Below, in pieces: positions 61,355 to 64,000 of a stretch of 64,000 nt of DNA. The notes below the pieces were generated by a model that did no database searches, was not told where the DNA came from, and was given only the letters and a program-made list of their open reading frames with translations. A program made the translations under genes and the position numbers. Position 1 is the first letter of the stretch, and every line of letters begins with the position of its first letter. Source of the stretch: Dendrobates tinctorius (lineage: Eukaryota); contig NW_027361677.1 of assembly GCF_039654945.1 (NCBI RefSeq), forward strand, positions 21,638,001 through 21,702,000, given 5' to 3'.

Positions 61355-63663
61355 ATCAAATATCAGCCCCTGAACCACAAAAAATATTCAATCTAAGTCA
61401 ATATCCCCTACAAGACAATGAAACCCGTTTATTAAATAAAGGTCTTAAGTACGCTCCCAGTGTTAAATTTGATAAATTTCAGGCTTTTGTGGGTGTAAAA
61501 TTGTTCATGAGGAAACTAGCCCTGAAGAAACACTATATGAAAAAGAAAATTAGTAGCAATACTGATGACCCCATGAATACTCCTGATCTATATATACACA
61601 CTGGTCTAAAGAAAAAATCTAACTTTAATCCTATACAGGAGTATTCGGAGGCATTTGAAGCTTTTCAAAATAATGTTATACTCGAAATTAGAAAAATTTC
61701 TGACAAGCGATGTAACAAATTTAAACACAATTTATCACATAATGAAAGAATAGCCATTAAGCAACTTAAGGAGAATAGGGAGATTACTATCAGACCAGCA
61801 GATAAAGGGGGCGGTATAGTAATACTAAACACGTTGGATTATGAGAAAGAAGCACTGCGGATTTTGGACGACAGACAAACTTATAAATTACTAACCCATG
61901 ATCCTTCTAATGATTATTTGGTAGAGATGCGGGAATTGCTAAACAAGGGCTTTGAAAAGGGTATTTTAAATAAAAAAGAAATTGATTTTATTAATACACC
62001 TCACCCTAGAGTGCCGTACTTTTATTATTTACCTAAGGTGCATAAAAACATGAGCCAACCACCCGGGAGACCGATTATCTCTGCTATTGGGGGTTTAACA
62101 TCAAATCTATCCAAATTTGTTGATTGTCATTTACAAAGATTGATACCGGATCTCCCGGCGTATCTCAGGGACAGCACCCATATTTTAGGTATTTTAAAGA
62201 AGATACAATGGTGTGATCATTATATCTTGGGCACACTGGACATTACTTCCTTGTATACAGTTATTCAGCATAAAAAGGGATGCGAAGCAGTGGAACATTT
62301 CCTGAGGAAGGATGGTTCACTGCCGCTTGACCAAATTGAATATCTTCTTGAGTGTATAAATTTTATTTTAACTCACAATTTTTTTCGATATGGGATGGAC
62401 TACTACTCCCAGCAGTGGGGTACAGCTATGGGCACGAGGTTCGCACCTAGTTATGCAAATCTGTACGTTGGAAAATGGGAACAGGAAACCATATATCCCG
62501 ACGGCAGATTACTAGCGAACCTCGTGCTATGGCATCGATTTATAGATGATATTGTTTTTATATGGTCTGGTGGTCCTTTGTTATTGGAACAATTTTTTAA
62601 TTCACTAAATAAAAATTCCTACTTTTTAAAATTTTCTATGACCACGAGTTCCAAAGAAGTTAACTTTTTAGATTTAGAAATTTTTGTAGAAAACAATGCC
62701 ATTGGCTCACGACTATACCATAAGCCTACAGACTCTAATAATTTTATTTCACTCGACAGTTGCCATTTACCTAGCTGGCTATTGAATGTTCCAAAAAGCC
62801 AATTAATTAGAGCTCATCGCAACTGTTCGAAAAGGGAGGATTTTGATAGAGAGGCAGAAGCAATGATGAAAAAGTTTTCCAGTAAGGGCTATGATCCAAC
62901 ATCTTTAGTGAAAACAAAAAAACTAGTGGAAAAAATTCCAAGGGATCAATTATTGGAACAACGTATGAGAAAAAATGCCAATGCTCTTATGGAAGACATC
63001 CCCATAATTTCACAATATAACTCTAATAGTATTATTTTTAAAAAAATTGTCAGGAGACATTGGAATATCCTGAGAAATGATAAGGTTATAGGGGAATCTT
63101 TACCGACATACCCGAGGTTTATTTTTAAGAAGGCACAAAATTTGGGAAATCTTATAGCCCCCTCTATTTCTAAACCACTAAGTAGTATCAATTCAAATCC
63201 GGACAAATTACCAGGGGGTTTTTTTCCGTGTGGAAAGTGTGGCCCCTGTAAAAAACTGACCTCTAAAAAACAGGGAGGGATTACTAACAAATTTGCGGAG
63301 GTAAAAATTAAAGATTTTATTACCTGCGACACCACAGGGGTTATATATGGTATTACATGCCCCTGTGGGAAACTATACATAGGACGCACAAAACGCCCAT
63401 TGCATGTCCGGTTAGCAGAGCATTTGCGCAATATTAGAAAAAGATTTATGGGTCACCCTCTATCACACCATTTTGCTAATCAGCATGGAGGCTCTATTAA
63501 AAATGTTAAAGTTACGGGTATTAAAGTGGTTAAAAAAAGCTGGCGGAAGGGGAACTTTATTCAACAAATGTCCAGAGAAGAAAGTAGACTGATTTTTGAA
63601 ATGAATACACTTGTTCCTAATGGGCTAAACAGCGAGATTGAATTGTTTGCCTTTAATCAATAA
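61237..63663 (+). CDS. PLE ORF2: reverse transcriptase + GIY-YIG endonuclease (frame open from 61237; first ATG only at 61507)
   Basis: Same motifs as the inverted copy. The upstream extension encodes RPKKKRKRGCRGG and IFNLSQYPLQDNETRLLNKGLKYAP. Confidence 0.93.
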   Translation, partial: NKAESSFFFSVRPKKKRKRGCRGGESTKKKNIQQSPSKIDQISAPEPQKIFNLSQYPLQDNETRLLNKGLKYAPSVKFDKFQAFVGVKLFMRKLALKKHYMKKKISSNTDDPMNTPDLYIHTGLKKKSNFNPIQEYSEAFEAFQNNVILEIRKISDKRCNKFKHNLSHNERIAIKQLKENREITIRPADKGGGIVILNTLDYEKEALRILDDRQTYKLLTHDPSNDYLVEMRELLNKGFEKGILNKKEIDFINTPHPRVPYFYYLPKVHKNMSQPPGRPIISAIGGLTSNLSKFVDCHLQRLIPDLPAYLRDSTHILGILKKIQWCDHYILGTLDITSLYTVIQHKKGCEAVEHFLRKDGSLPLDQIEYLLECINFILTHNFFRYGMDYYSQQWGTAMGTRFAPSYANLYVGKWEQETIYPDGRLLANLVLWHRFIDDIVFIWSGGPLLLEQFFNSLNKNSYFLKFSMTTSSKEVNFLDLEIFVENNAIGSRLYHKPTDSNNFISLDSCHLPSWLLNVPKSQLIRAHRNCSKREDFDREAEAMMKKFSSKGYDPTSLVKTKKLVEKIPRDQLLEQRMRKNANALMEDIPIISQYNSNSIIFKKIVRRHWNILRNDKVIGESLPTYPRFIFKKAQNLGNLIAPSISKPLSSINSNPDKLPGGFFPCGKCGPCKKLTSKKQGGITNKFAEVKIKDFITCDTTGVIYGITCPCGKLYIGRTKRPLHVRLAEHLRNIRKRFMGHPLSHHFANQHGGSIKNVKVTGIKVVKKSWRKGNFIQQMSREESRLIFEMNTLVPNGLNSEIELFAFNQ

Positions 63664-63718
63664 ACATGGAGTTTGGAGACCGCGGGTATATATGAACGTA
63701 ATTGAGCACCATGGACCA

Positions 63719-63758
63719 TCTCTGAAGAAGGAATCCGGTGATTCCGAAACGCGTAAGA
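63719..63758 (+). ncRNA. Minimal type-I hammerhead ribozyme (second forward copy)
   Basis: Identical to 59602-59641, 4117 bp downstream. Confidence 0.92.
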
Positions 63759-64000
63759 CAGCTTTTTGGTCGTTTTCGTGCTCACTAGCCAGTCACGTGG
63801 TGTTCCACGTGACCGTGACGTCACGCAAGGTCCTGCACGTTTTTGCTACCTTGCCGGCTTTTTGATTTTACTCGTGCCGTTATACTCGCCGGGTGTCGGC
63901 GGCGGTCACGCCATTAGAAGGACGCTTGCTACCGGCCGGAGCAGCGTCCAATACCTGCATTCACCAACGGAACTCTAACGCTTTCAAGCTCATTTTCATC

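Larger units (their letters stand above)
55009..64000. mobile_element. Penelope-like retroelement (EN+, Neptune-like) complex: inverted unit 55009-59125, pseudo-LTR 59125-60074, forward unit 60075->64000
   Basis: Position x mirrors 119200-x; the pseudo-LTR repeats at +4117. RT plus GIY-YIG ORF and hammerhead in each 3' region. Confidence 0.97.

Overview
Eukaryotic, intron-containing vertebrate DNA, most likely anuran amphibian (inferred from the repeat complement; species not determinable here). It carries the conserved syntenic block HAS3(+) - CHTF8(-) - UTP4/CIRH1A(+) - SNTB2(+). All four CDSs could be spliced by hand with GT-AG junctions and consistent phase: HAS3 545 aa, CHTF8 122 aa, UTP4 685 aa, SNTB2 514 aa. 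CHTF8 and UTP4 share a very short bidirectional promoter next to a 40-bp minisatellite whose unit contains the ZNF143/THAP11-type ACTACA-TCCCAG motif. Introns and intergenic DNA hold many transposons: MITEs, Tc1 relics, a V-SINE, and a 6-kb DIRS1-like tyrosine-recombinase retrotransposon whose RT YLDD segment is locally inverted. The most striking structure is at 55009-64000+: a very young Penelope-like element (PLE) with a 4117-bp unit, arranged as one exact inverted unit, then a 950-bp pseudo-LTR, then a forward unit. Each 3' region carries a minimal hammerhead ribozyme. The coding region is split into two ORFs overlapping in the -1 frame across an in-phase U UUU UUU slippery heptamer, suggesting programmed ribosomal frameshifting. 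Two further hammerhead-bearing PLE relics and a 172-bp miniature DIRS-like element were also found. All coordinates were derived by eye, without tools.
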